This document shows positions 50,701 through 62,998 of a DNA stretch of 64,000 nt, in pieces. Origin of the DNA: Lepidodermella squamata (Eukaryota > Animalia > Gastrotricha); the NCBI GenBank assembly GCA_047495785.1, contig JBLDXI010000033.1, positions 620,001 through 684,000 of the forward strand. Reading direction: 5' to 3'. The notes under the pieces are model-generated. The model had not been told where the DNA came from and made no database searches. It saw nothing but the letters and a program-made list of their open reading frames with translations. How positions within the stretch are numbered: the first letter of the stretch is position 1; each line of letters starts with the position of its first letter. The position numbers and the translations under genes are program-made.

Positions 50701-53193
50701 CCGGGCGGGAACATGCCAGGCGGCATTTGCTGCCCGCCGCCCATTTGCAATTCGGGCGGCGGCTGCTGCTGCTGCGGCTGTTTCTCCTTTTTGATGCCCA
50801 TGGCAATGCCGAGCTCTTCGACCTGCTTCAGCTTGGCGTTGCGCACGAGTTCTTGCGAGGTAAGTTGTTGCTGCGACTTGTCGCCGCCGGCTTCTTGCTT
50901 GCCCTGCTGTTGCTGATGACCAGGCGGGCCCTGCATCGGACCCTGTTGCTGAGATAACATGTTCAAGTGATAATCAATTATAGAAGGACTGGCGCCCTGA
51001 CGGACGGCTTGAGCAGCTTCATTTGCCATTTTTGAGTCGAATACATGCAACTGAAAGAAAATCAAACAAAAAATTAGGTAAAACTCCAATAAATTTCAGA
51101 AAAAAAATCATTATTAGCCAATACCTTGATAGGATTGTAAATAGTGATGTTGCGATACATGGCTAACTTATATTTATAGGAAATTTTAAGCCGGTTTTTT
51201 ATATCGATTAAATTTTGATTAAAAATGAATGGCTTAAAGACAAGTAACAAAAAATTTAGACGCGCCACGCTACATCACACCTTAGTTAGGTGTCAAGTCT
51301 GGATGTCATTATACTCACATGTGCACAACTCATATAACTTATAATCATATAGCAAGATACTATCAATTAACTTGAATGCTTGTTGACATTTTACATCTAG
51401 AAACCTGCATCCGAGACATCCCATTCGTTAAGTATGACACCGTGACACTAATTATAAGTGCAATTGCTGTTACTTTAATGCGTTGGGAGCCTGAGCATTT
51501 CTTTTTCTGTACATTTCAAGGTTGACGGAAAAACGATCGATTAAGCTTAGGAACTCATTCTTAAATTCTTTTCACAGCTTAACGCGATATCGGCCAAAAT
51601 TCGTATTTGGTAGGCATCAAATCAAAAGTTTACTGATAGGTTTAATTACAAGAAATTAGATGCTTTAAGGTTCATGATTTTCATTTTCATCGCTTTAAAA
51701 CAGCAAAAATTAAGATCCAGCATAGAAGAAAATTTGGATAGCTCAGTCAAGATGAATTGCTCGTATTAAAAGCAGAAAAAGCTATCGCATCCAAATCGAT
51801 CAAGTTCTTCATGAAAATTTCAGATTATTTCACCATTTATAAATCCCAATTCCAAAAAAATTTGATAAAATACTGTTTTCACACTTCGCAGCTAAATTTT
51901 CATGTCCGCAAGAATTTAACAGCAAATCTTTTCCCTTCGAATTCTCTTTCGAAAAATAACTCCCAAATTTATTTTTCAAATATTTACCATGGGTTGTTGC
52001 TGATGTTGAGGCGGCACAGCGGAGGACCATTGCAGCGCGTCGTTGCCATTCGTCGCCTTCATCTGCTGCTGCATCGCCAATTGCTGCTGCAACGACGGCT
52101 CCGATTTCACCGAACCCGGCGCAGCCATTTGACTCGGCGACTGAATCTGCCCGCCGCCGCCTATCGACGACGGCCGCGAATTCGGCCGCATCAACTGACC
52201 AGGTTGTTGAAATTGCTGCTGTTGTTGCTGCTGTTGCTGTTGTTGTTGAGCTAACAAATGAGCGGCAGGCGAGGCGATCGAGGGTGACGGCGATAGGGCG
52301 GACGAGACGGAGGAGGAGGCCGAACCAGCCGCGGGTGCTTTATGCATCTGCTCGACCTTGGAGAGGGCCGAGACGAGGCCGCACTGGTCCGGGACGCGAT
52401 TCACGATATCAGCCATGTTTTTGATGATCGACTGGCTATTCGCGTCGCTGCCGTCGTCGTTCTGCTGCGGCGGCGACGATCTTTGCGGCGGGTACATGGC
52501 CGCGGGTCGAGGTTGCGCGAACACAGGCGCGCTGGACGAGACCGCGCCGGGTGGCACCGACGACGAGCCGGACGCGGGTTGGAGGGCGGGCGAGAACGGG
52601 GGCGGTACGGAGGCGGGCTGCCGCGACGACGCCGGGCCTGGCGAGAAAGGCATGTGAGACGGGCTGGGCGCACTTGCCGGTTTGCTATACTGGCTACTCA
52701 TCAGCCCGTTGTTGTTGTTGTTACTGCCCGGCTGCTGTTGCGGGACCGGGCCGTTTTCATCCTGGCTGCTGTTGCTGCTACTACTACCGTTATTTTGAGG
52801 TGGCTGATCGTCGTGAGATTGAAGGGGTGCCGCGAACTCGGCCGGCGGGTACGTGGCACTAGTAAGAAAATCGTCAGAGACTAGTTTCGACGACGGCTCG
52901 TTCTGCTGCGCCTGCGACGAGTCGTTCTGGTTCGGCGGCGACACCCCGCCGCCCACACTCACCTGGCCATAGCCGTCGAGGCTGGGCGCAGCGCCCTGGC
53001 CCGGCGATAACGCGCCGTAGGACAGAGCTGCAGGCTTCGATGCGGCGACAACGTTGCTTTGCTCCACTTTTGATAACTCGTTATTACTGTCTAGCTGATC
53101 GCTGCAGTTAATATTATTATTATTGCTGTTGATGTTAATCGATTCCGCTGCAACTAACAGGTTCTGTTGGTGTTGCAGGCCTTCACCATCCAT
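47796..53193 (-). CDS. BCL9: BCL9/legless-like Wnt/beta-catenin co-activator
   Basis: Exons 53193-51988, 51050-50154, 49437-48961, 48904-48586, 48530-48382 and 48161-47796 join in frame. HD1 LHVFDSKMANEAAQAVRQGASPSIIDYH, HD2-like LTSQELVRNAKLKQVEEL, protostome-type VPSPRQLSALADIDAQELIITRQLN and TVHYLPA motifs, Pro/Gly/Gln/Met-rich. The start codon is uncertain. Confidence 0.82.
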
Positions 53194-53949
53194 TAAGCAG
53201 TAAGGTACAAAATGATGAGGTCGATTCGGCGGGGCGAAGAAAAACGCACTCGGATACAAGATGATTCGTCATTATCAAAAACTAAATAAAAATCATCCTA
53301 TTCAAAAGAAGCAAAGAAAAATCATTAATCAGTTAATGAAAAAAATCCGCCTTAAAAATAAGCTTATAGGAAACCGCAATAGAAGATTCAGCTAGATCAT
53401 GACATTGAAATACGACCTAGCAAAATGTGTCGAATTTCGGAGCCAACGGAGACAGAAATTTCTCACTCGGAATAGACATTTCACTCCGGTCAAAAATTTG
53501 ATAGGACATTCAAAATACCTTCGAGAATCAGATCGTCATAAAAGGCTGTAGAAGTGAGAATTATATGAATTGCCAGCAAGTTGAAATGCATTTGAGTTTA
53601 ACTTTAAAACGATCGCAAGGCTATTCAATTTTTTTAATTTCGATATAAAACTGAAAAATTCTAATTTAAACGTAGAATCTATAAAAAATCGAAAAAACAT
53701 GATTCGACACCTGATCTTAGGCAACCTTGAATTTCCGCCTCGAAACTAGAAAAGGTGGCTTCAGAATGTTGGTCAAGTTGGGCTGTAAAACGATCAAACT
53801 AGTAGGGACATTTTCGCGCGGCGACGTGTGCCTCGGCATCGGAGGCGGCTGCAGCAGCAGCAGCGTCTTCACGTTCGTTTTCTCGTTTGATAAACCAATA
53901 ATAATAGTGAGATCTAAAGACAGCAATGTATTACTCTTTCTACTCATTA

Positions 53950-56900
53950 CTAATATTCGATAGTAGATATATGCCGAGTATAATACTCACATCGTTCGCG
54001 CGGCTTTAGTAATAATAGTACAACGTACAGGGCATGTAGTATTTACTACTACTACGACTACTACTATAAAATCCATCCAACTACTAAACACATGAGGCGA
54101 GCAAGCGACGACTAGGAAGAGGCGCGCAGGCTGCGGACGGGCGCGGAGAGAGAGAGACGACGATGACTCGATGTGTATAGGAAAAAGAGAGAGAAGGTTG
54201 CTTGCGCGCGCGCGCGCAGATTCAACGCCAAGACGCAACACATGTCAATAACAGATCGAATCGGCTCTGCACTACTTCTACTATATATATCGCCGCAGTA
54301 CTTGTTGTCCCAGTGCCGCCGCCCATGGCAGGCAGGCAGCAGGCCGCCGCCGCCGCCGCTGCCGCACGGTATGTAGTAGAAAAATAATATACAATACGAC
54401 AAATCTACGTGCGTCGTTCGTCGCATCTCCACAGTCGAATACACAGCACAGGCGCACACAACCCGAGACCAAAATCGATCGGAGCCGCCCCAACTCGAAT
54501 CGCCGCCATCCATCCATTCGTTCGTTTGCGTATACTTGCTATACTAAATATTATACGCGCGCCACCCATATAAATAGCGTACAACAACAACAATATCGGT
54601 CATCATCATCATCATCATCGTCGCCGTCGTCGCCAAGCTCCAGAGAAAGAACACCCTAGCCGCGTGCTCTCGCACATGCTGCTGCTGCTGCTGCTTCAAA
54701 ACCGCGAAAAACGGCGAAGACTTTTGTAGTGTAGGAATTTTCTCATCGCCACGAGCAAATAATAACGTGTATATAATACGCTGATGATGACGATGATGAT
54801 GACCAACCAACCGACCAACCGCCCCGGCCTACAACAACTTGCTGCGCAGCGCGCTAAACAATGAGACAATAATTTACAACAGATCGGCGCCTAAAATCGT
54901 AAATTCAGAAAAAAACATGAAAAATCCGCCTTAAAAATTCCTATGCAAATAACGATTTTCCAGGCAATAACTAAAATTTACAAATAAATTGAGTCTCAAT
55001 AAATTCTAGCCTTCTAAAAACTTTACGAAAATTATTTGAATATACTTCCCGACCATTTAATAGATAGAGACTCGAAAAAGTTGAATTAAGGGTAACCTTT
55101 GCGGAATACCTAGAAAATAACGTAAAATGTTCATTCTGAACTAATTTAAGAAAATGCAAAATTGAAACTATTGCTCGAGTCGAAAACCAGCGATAATCAA
55201 AGAACACTCCTTATTAGCAAAAGGTGAATGAAACCTAATATTACGGACAATGCGCTCACGTTTCAGGTCAATTTCAACAAAAATAAATTTAAAGGTGATA
55301 AAATGAGCTCACCTACAAGAATAAAAACGAACAAATTTGTTATATAATAAAATTATCATGTAATGATAATCTCTTTTTTGTTTGAAAATTACCGTACAGA
55401 CGTCTGTCATATACGCTTGCGGTTGCTGTTTGTGCGATTGTGATGTGTCCTGAGCTGGAAAATGTGCGAAGTGCAATGATAATAATAAAGAATGGCCCCC
55501 GAACGCTTCGCCGTCGTCAAATAATAAGGCCTGAAGCAGGCCTCGCTTAGGTTGCTGGAAGCGTTTGTTGCCCGCTGCTCGTGGTGGTGGTCGGTAGTAG
55601 TAGTAGTCGTAGCAATGTCGCGCGCGTCAACGAGATACAAAACGGCGGCGTTTACGTTATTACATTATCATCGTGTAAGTAATAATGTTAAAAGAAGACG
55701 ATATTATTACACGCGCATCTCTATCTGCACACATCGCATGTAGTAGTTTGGCGTGCGGGCCAACACATAATAACAATAATACGCATTTTACACTTGCCTA
55801 GCTGCTGTGCCTGCTACTGGACGGACCAACCAACAGCCCGCGTTACTATACATAATACAAGCTCATAGTATATCGATCGGCAGAGTTCACCCAGTCATGT
55901 AATAGTACAGTATAGTAAATGACCTGAGCGAACGGTGTAAAAATTATTATTGATACAATATTCGCAAGAAATTCGAAAAATTCCCAACGGAAATATTTTT
56001 TGAATTTTACACTTGAATGAGGAAACCTTTTCCGAAAAAAATTCAACAAAAAAGATTTTTGGAAATTTTCGAGATCGAATTGAGGTGTAGGCTGTTTACT
56101 CGTAGGTATACGGTAAATCTAACTATATCAGGGTACTTTACTACTACCAGCGCGCGCGCTCATAGTATACGTATGTTCATACAAGCATGTAATATAAATG
56201 TAGTACTTATTCGCACAGCGCATCGAAAGTGTGCAATATAGGCATTGTGCTACTGCTACTGCTACCTTCAGAGCTACAACACGTGCACATGGAGAAATAA
56301 CACGGCAATATGTATATATAGAAGTACTTTGCCGCGCCGTCGCTGCCGAACCACAGCAGCGCGCTGCCTACATCAACAGAAAAGGCGTTTACTCGTATAT
56401 ATAGATATATATATATATATTCTAGTAATAACAGTAGTATTATTTGGCCATTGTTGAGGAGCGTGCCTCTGCCGCTTTGCCCCGTGAAATACACAGCAAT
56501 ATAGCAATAGTAATAATAATAATATTGGGGGCACATTGCATTGCAGGATGCAGACGCAGAAGACGCACAGCAGAAGAGACGACCGACCACAAGCACCACA
56601 CACAACAAAACACAGCATCCAAGCTTCAAACAGACTTTCACTTCTATTTCTGCTGCTGCTGCTGCTGCAGCTACGACTACTATATAAATACAATATACAC
56701 GCATGCACATGCACAGATCTATAATAGTAATAATGTCGAGTTTTGCCGCGCGAATATATACTGCGCGGGCTGAGGAAGACTAACCCCCGACGCTGCTGCT
56801 GCGGCAGCGAAGAACAACCGCAGATCAGCAGACGCCTGCCCGTTTGCTCTTGCCATGTTGTTGTAGTTGGTGTATGTTGAGAAGCAGCGCGCACCATCAT

Positions 56901-57150
56901 CATCATCTTAGATATATTGCACCACAACAACGATATCAGCATCAGCAGCAGCCACAGCCGCGCCGCCGAACTCAATGTACAATAGTAGTAAAAATAATAA
57001 TAATAAAAGCATTAATAATTGTACAAATGAAAAAGGTGTACAAAGCTATCGTCAGTATGTATAAATGAACGCAAGAACCCTGCGTAAACGCTGGTATCGA
57101 ATCCAAAGTCATCAGCAACTACAACTACCTACTAACAACCTACTCCACAC
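53950..57150 (-). repeat. Low-complexity trinucleotide-rich region (CAG/CAT/TAG/TAA runs), probable multi-exon 5' UTR or regulatory region of BCL9
   Basis: Microsatellite-like blocks alternate with AT-rich intron-like blocks. Minus-strand donor-like sites occur near 53990 and 55393. No coherent ORF. Confidence 0.45.
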
Positions 57151-58809
57151 TGACACCGCCAGCAACAATATGATGTCAGTATTTATTTTAGACCAATCCG
57201 GGCTATCAGGAGTAGGACACTTTGAATACGCTTGCTACTCGCAAAGAAAAGATGGCATAGCCCTGATTCGTAACTAAAAATCAAAAATGTTCCTTACCAT
57301 TTCATATTGATAGCACTAAAGGGCGTAACTTTAAGCATAAGGTATATATGAACAGAACCTGACAACAATTTAGAGTGAAAAAAACCGAATATCTGAATGC
57401 TAAGTCAATACTACTGATAAAACAGCTGGCCGGCCATCAGCTCGCCATATTTGTCGGAATTTAACTACACGATACTACTAACAGCTATAAAAAAATAGCA
57501 TGCATCGAAATCATATAATGAAAGCAACAAAAAATCATATGTCCCGAATGACGCATCAGAGCATATTTCATACATCGAGAAAAATTGACTCAACACAGGG
57601 CAGTTGTAACAAGTTTCTGTAGCTTACTGCTTACTAAATGCCTAAAGGAATAAAATGCTTTCGAGTTACGAGATAACTCGAAGAAGAGTTGAGATTAATT
57701 TACTTCTGTCATCAGCAATTGGTTTCCTAAATCTTTTGACAGCGCCGCTGCCAATGATAGGCCATTGGCAAATGCCTAAACTAGATAACTATTGCTGCCA
57801 AAAGCTTGAATAAGGGCTTGAGGTTCTAGAATGAGTGACAAAGGGCTAAGAGCTAAGGGCATCGGCTATCAACTCGCAGCTCAGATCTCAGGTACTCAGA
57901 AGTTTATCGATATGTCTGTCCCATAAGAAAATGCAGCCCGCCACTTCCGACCTGCATCAGGAGACAGAATTCGTAATATCTCGAACCACAATGTAAGCAA
58001 GTAAAATAAAGATAAAAGATTTAGGTAAATTGCAACTAAGATTATTGAACGAAAGAATAAAATCTAACGTTCTTCTTCACCAATCACACGCAAACCGGCG
58101 ATGCAAAACCATACTTGAACCATGACTGAAGGATCCCAAATTCTAAATCTTAGATCATAAACCAAAATTGGGGGATTCAATGAAAACCTAAAATCTTCTG
58201 CGGTGGAGAGCTCACATTGCCGGGGGTGTGAAAAGAAAAGGATATTGGAGTTAATTTCCACACAACAACATACAATGACTAGCCACACGCAGCAACAGTG
58301 CCAACTGCCAACTGCCAACAGCCAACAGCCAACAGCATCAACAACATAGGCGCGATCGCGGGACTGGGGACTAACTACTTTAAAAGATCCGAAAACCAAA
58401 AAAACTCCCACAACAAATTCGGTAGTTTTTGACTCTTTATTTTATTATAACACTCGAAAATAAACAAGCAAATTAATATAAGTATTTTTCTAAGAATTCA
58501 GCTTTTCATTCAAATTTTTTGCGCGGGAGTTTTTTGGTTTGCAGGTTTCTGATGAGTTGTTCCGGTGCCCACGACGATAAGAAATGTCGCGTTTCTCCTC
58601 TTCTGATCGAACAATTCCCGACTCTTGGATTCTTGAGGCGAAATTAACCAATTCTTATATCTAGATCAATTGATGCGACGTTGCAAATTTATCTAGATGT
58701 TTCTGGTTTCCATACTTGCGACAAGAATATTGCGATGATCATGTTGTCATCTTTTCGGCACCGAAGATCTACTAAATTTTTCTATTTGATAGATTTTGAA
58801 TGTGTTTAA

Positions 58810-60591
58810 ATGGCAGAATCTTCTTCAACTAATACCTCTGAAGTCGAATCTAGCGGTGAATTGGCACCTCGGACTAATTTTGCTATTGATCCGACATCAG
58901 TTCGGGACGAATATTCTCGTTTTGTGAGCGAAGTTATCCATGCATCTGTTCCACCCGGCGGTGGCAGTCTCTCTGTCACTGGGCAAGATGACGCCTCATC
59001 TGCTGCGGGAAGGGGGTTTATTCGTTCTTTTGTCGCGGAGGAATATGTCGCAGATATCCAATCTTTGTCGTCAAATGAAGCCGACGATCGCAACTCACCC
59101 GATCGCGGGGCGCACATTCTTCATGAAAAGCCTCTCGAATTGGAAGTAGAAGCTCCGGATGAAGCTGAAGCAGTGGCTCAAGAAAAAGTTGCTGAGTTGG
59201 AAACCAGCGCGTTAAATGCATCCGTCGACCGTAGCCGTAGGTCGTCGATCTCTCCGAGTGCCATATCGCAAGATTTAGACGCATTTGAACTTCATAATTA
59301 TCCTAGCAATGTTTTCATGATGAGCGAAGCCGCCAAACCGATTTACATGCGGCACGGCAATGAGGACAGGCTGATCCCCTTGGCGGGAGTCATGCAAGCT
59401 CTCGTCTCGTTCGTTAACGATACTGGGGGTGATATCCTTCAAGCGATTGAAGGTGACGGTGGAGCGTCTATCGTTTTCTACATGCCGAAGCATTTGACAA
59501 TTGTTGGTGTTGTTCGGGGGCATGAAACTGCGCCGCAAATTCGTGTTCGGCTATCGTACATGTATAACCAACTCCTGACTTTGATTTCACCTGTGCAACT
59601 CGACTCGCTGTACTCACGGCGCGTGAATTACGACTTACGTCGAAGCTTAGTAGGCGAAACTCGCATTTTAACGCAGTTATGGGACTGGATGGACAACGAT
59701 ATTGGTCATTTGCTATGTGCTGCCGCCTGTTTACCCGTTTCATCCGTCGTGCGAGATCACCTATCCTCGACCTTGGCTCATTACTGCAAGAAACAAAAAG
59801 TATGTTTTGTATCTAGCAAGTTACTTGATAGCGATGGACTTTATTGCTAGGTTTTGTTTGGAATGGTTCTAGCTGGGTTGCGGCTTGTAACAATCGTAAG
59901 GCATAATCGATGTCCGCGTTTGAACCCTCTTGACCTTCAGCTGCTGATCAACCTGGTACGAAGCAGCAGCCAATCAGGCGTGACTGGCGCCGAGTTCTGG
60001 GTCCCAGTTTGCCTGCCGCGCCTCGACGAATCAGCCTACGTCCATGCTTACGTGTCTCACTTGGACGAAGCGTCTGATCTAACTCTTGTGCTTATCTCAG
60101 CGGACGGCAATCAGTTCTACTCGTTGTGCGAATGTCGGCGCAAAATCGTCGACCGGCTCAGTAATCAAAACACAGCGTTCGTCGAGTTGAAAAAGGCTGC
60201 AGCTGAAGGGTCGGTTTCAGCGTCTCGGGTCGGCATCCCTGAGCTATGGCATTTCACCTATAAAAGCCGACCGTTGTCCCAATACACAATGGCCCGTTTC
60301 GATATGCCATACAACCGGCCTGATACGAAACAAGAGCTACTTGAGTTGTACCGAAGGACGAACCATTTACTCCATGTTGAAGCCAGCGCGAATGTCCAGC
60401 CGAGGAGTGTAGTATTCCTTTCGACCAGTTCTGCGTCTTGTCTCGGATGGCTGCGGGAGCAATTCGAACTGTATGTGGTTTTCTCGCCTCTAGTCACGAA
60501 AGAATCGGCGGTAACGATGACATCCCGGTTGATAAATTGGGCCAAGCAAGAGGAGTCGACGTTATTCGTCGTTTCCACGCCTACTTTCTAG
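58810..60591 (+). CDS. MON1: Vacuolar fusion protein MON1 (SAND family, Rab7 GEF subunit)
   Basis: Exons 58810-59799 and 59851-60591. Motifs VFMMSEAAKPIYMRHGNED, GVMQALVSFV, NYDLRRSLVG, LNPLDLQLLINLV, EFWVPVCLPR and FELYVVFSPLVTK. Confidence 0.93.
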
Positions 60592-60983
60592 TGCAATTCC
60601 GTCGAGTTATATTTATTGCTGATGCTAATTTTAATTATTCGTTCCAATATTTGCCTGTAATATCTTCAACTGATTGAAAAATTGTGCTTCGTTAATTATT
60701 ATTTTTATGACACGAATAAAAAATTGGACTTGTGAATCAGACTTCATTTATTAGAATATTCCGTAGAGATAAAAAAGATAATACAGAATATGTACAGATT
60801 TCTTCCGGACAGACGAAATTGACAGACACCACGATTGCATAATTTCTCGTTACAATAAGATTTTCAAGTGCGCGATTTAATATCAAATAGCGGCAGCGAA
60901 ATTTCTGAGGCAACCAACCAACAACTAAAAGATGAATGAGATAGCAACAGTGTTTATTTTTATTCCAATTTTTCTAGCTAGCT

Positions 60984-62916
60984 TCATCTGAGATCGGCTC
61001 GTTTGACGTTGGGCTTGTCGCCGCGGCAGCCCGGGCAGTACCACCGGCCTTTCGGCTTCGTTGTCAGACTGACGCAGCTGAAGTGGAACCACTGCATCGG
61101 ACAGTTGTTGTTGTCACATCCAACCATTTCGCCATACGAAACCTAAAAAATCAACGTAACAAATTAATTGAAATCCTTCAAATATTTTGAAAATTTTGAA
61201 ATTAAGCCAAGAAAAACGATATTCGATGAAATGTCCCGGTCTAAGATGTAAAATATCTCACTTGTTTGCAGACGCAGTAGAGCTGCTCGTCGACTTCCTG
61301 ATCCATCGAATCAGCGACATCGGCGTTGACTGAAGCTGACGAACTGCCGCCATTGTTGCCACCGAAATTTGCGCCCCGGTTGCCGCGTTGGCTCGACCCA
61401 CCCGCTTTGTTATTCGAAGAAGCTGCAGCGCCGCGAGTTTGAGACGAAGTCCCGCCGCGTGTTGTGGTTGTTGCGACTGAGGCCTGGCTTTCGGAGAACG
61501 AATCATGCTTCTGCCGCCGCAGTGCAGTCGGTTCAATTCCACGACTGCTCTGACGACCGGGTCGGTTGTGACGTTCTTGATTTCGAGTTCGCCGATCTTA
61601 AAAAAGCAGTTGTACAAATGTTAAGAAATAGCTTCGAATTTGAAAATTATGAAAAAATATCGCTCGGATTTTGACGGAACCGAGTGACAAATTACAAATT
61701 CTCAAGTTGAAATTCTGTAATTCTCACCATGCTTTGACCTGGCTGCCGAAGAAACGATGCCCTTGCCACGTTCCGGCTGTTTGCCTTTCCTGCCCGCACT
61801 CGCCGGTTCGATACGAGACCGCGGCGGGCGGCCGATTCTGCCTCGCCGCGGCTCGGAAGCCCCGGTTCGATGAGCAGCATTACTGTCATTCGTCGTATCG
61901 TCATCGCCACTCTCCTTATCCGCGCCATCCGAGCCCGAGCCAGACTGGTCCATGGACCGCAGCGACGACTCGCCATCAGAATTCTGCACATCCTCCTGCT
62001 CGTTACTACTTTCGCAACTTTCATTCGAATCGTTGTTGTTGTTAGCCGCGGCGTGTTTGCCTCGAGTTGGCCGTTGATCGGCTGTTGACGTCGACGGGCT
62101 GGTTGAATTTGTACCGGCGGTCGCTGCCCGAGTTGGCGAGCCGCGTTTATCAGCTGCGCCGGGGCGAGATCGAAAGTTAGGCGAGGAACTAGGCGAAAAC
62201 AACGAAGAATCGGCCTGATCGCAATTTTCTGAAAAAATAATCGAAAAAATTAGCAAAACTTATAAGTCATCAAGCCAAATCATGTAGAGCATAATTCATC
62301 GGATAAATTTTGTTAGAGGTTTTTAATTACCGTAGAAAGGGGTAATTTTCGACAAAATCTAACAATAAGGATGAAAATTCTGAAATTTGAACGTGAAAAC
62401 AATATTTACGAAGGTTGTCGAGATCGTCATCGAGCGTACGCCGCCGGGTTTCGACAATTTCTGCCATTCGATGCGCCGCTGCCATTTTCTGCTGAACAAC
62501 ATCGCCCAGCTCTTCCATAGCCGCGGCTAGGTTTCGCTTCAACGCGTCGTTTTTCGTAGCCGTGCGTTTCGCATCAGAATCTTCGCCGTCGTCCCATGCG
62601 CAACTCATCGACGATTCACTCGTTTCTTTCATGCTCATACTGCTGGTGTTGTTAGACTTGCCATTTTTCGAAGCATTCGCTAGTTGAGTCTTCAAATGCT
62701 CGATTTGTTTCAAAAGTCCTGCCGCCAAAAAATTGATAGGATAAAGTTCAAATTTGAACGGTAAAAATTACTTGCAACATCGACGTCCAATTCACGTATT
62801 CGACTAAGGTAAGGTTGAAGTTGATTCGGCAAGTTTTGCATACAATCGAGGTAGTCATCCAGGTACGAAGCTGCGCATAGCTTTTGCACAGCTTCCCGAT
62901 TGACTAAATTAGCCAT
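60984..62916 (-). CDS. Inhibitor of growth protein, ING1/2-like PHD finger
   Basis: N-terminal [27 protein letters not shown] and C-terminal [53 protein letters not shown], over five exons. Confidence 0.92.
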
Positions 62917-62998
62917 CTTAAAAACCTAAAAATGCAAGGCGAATTATCAAAACCAATGCATATTTCATCAAAAACTAATAAAAGAACAAAAATTCTCT

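Noticed and set aside
50118-50957. Long plus-strand ORFs (279 aa and others) over BCL9, and similar antisense ORFs over the PLEKHA-like gene and H1
   Set aside because: Shadow frames of GC-rich, low-complexity coding exons.
51639-51660. GGTTTAATTAC resembling the start of nematode SL1
   Set aside because: Only 11 nt match. It is not followed by CCAAGTTTGAG-GT or a clear Sm site, so it is likely chance in AT-rich DNA.
56207-57068. Cys/Tyr-rich ORFs of 167-200 aa
   Set aside because: Products of trinucleotide repeats with no domain pattern or codon bias.
58509-58528. CDE/CHR (DREAM) element TCCCGCGC-N6-TTTGAA in the BCL9/MON1 spacer
   Set aside because: The spacer is 6 nt rather than the usual 4 and the start site is unknown.
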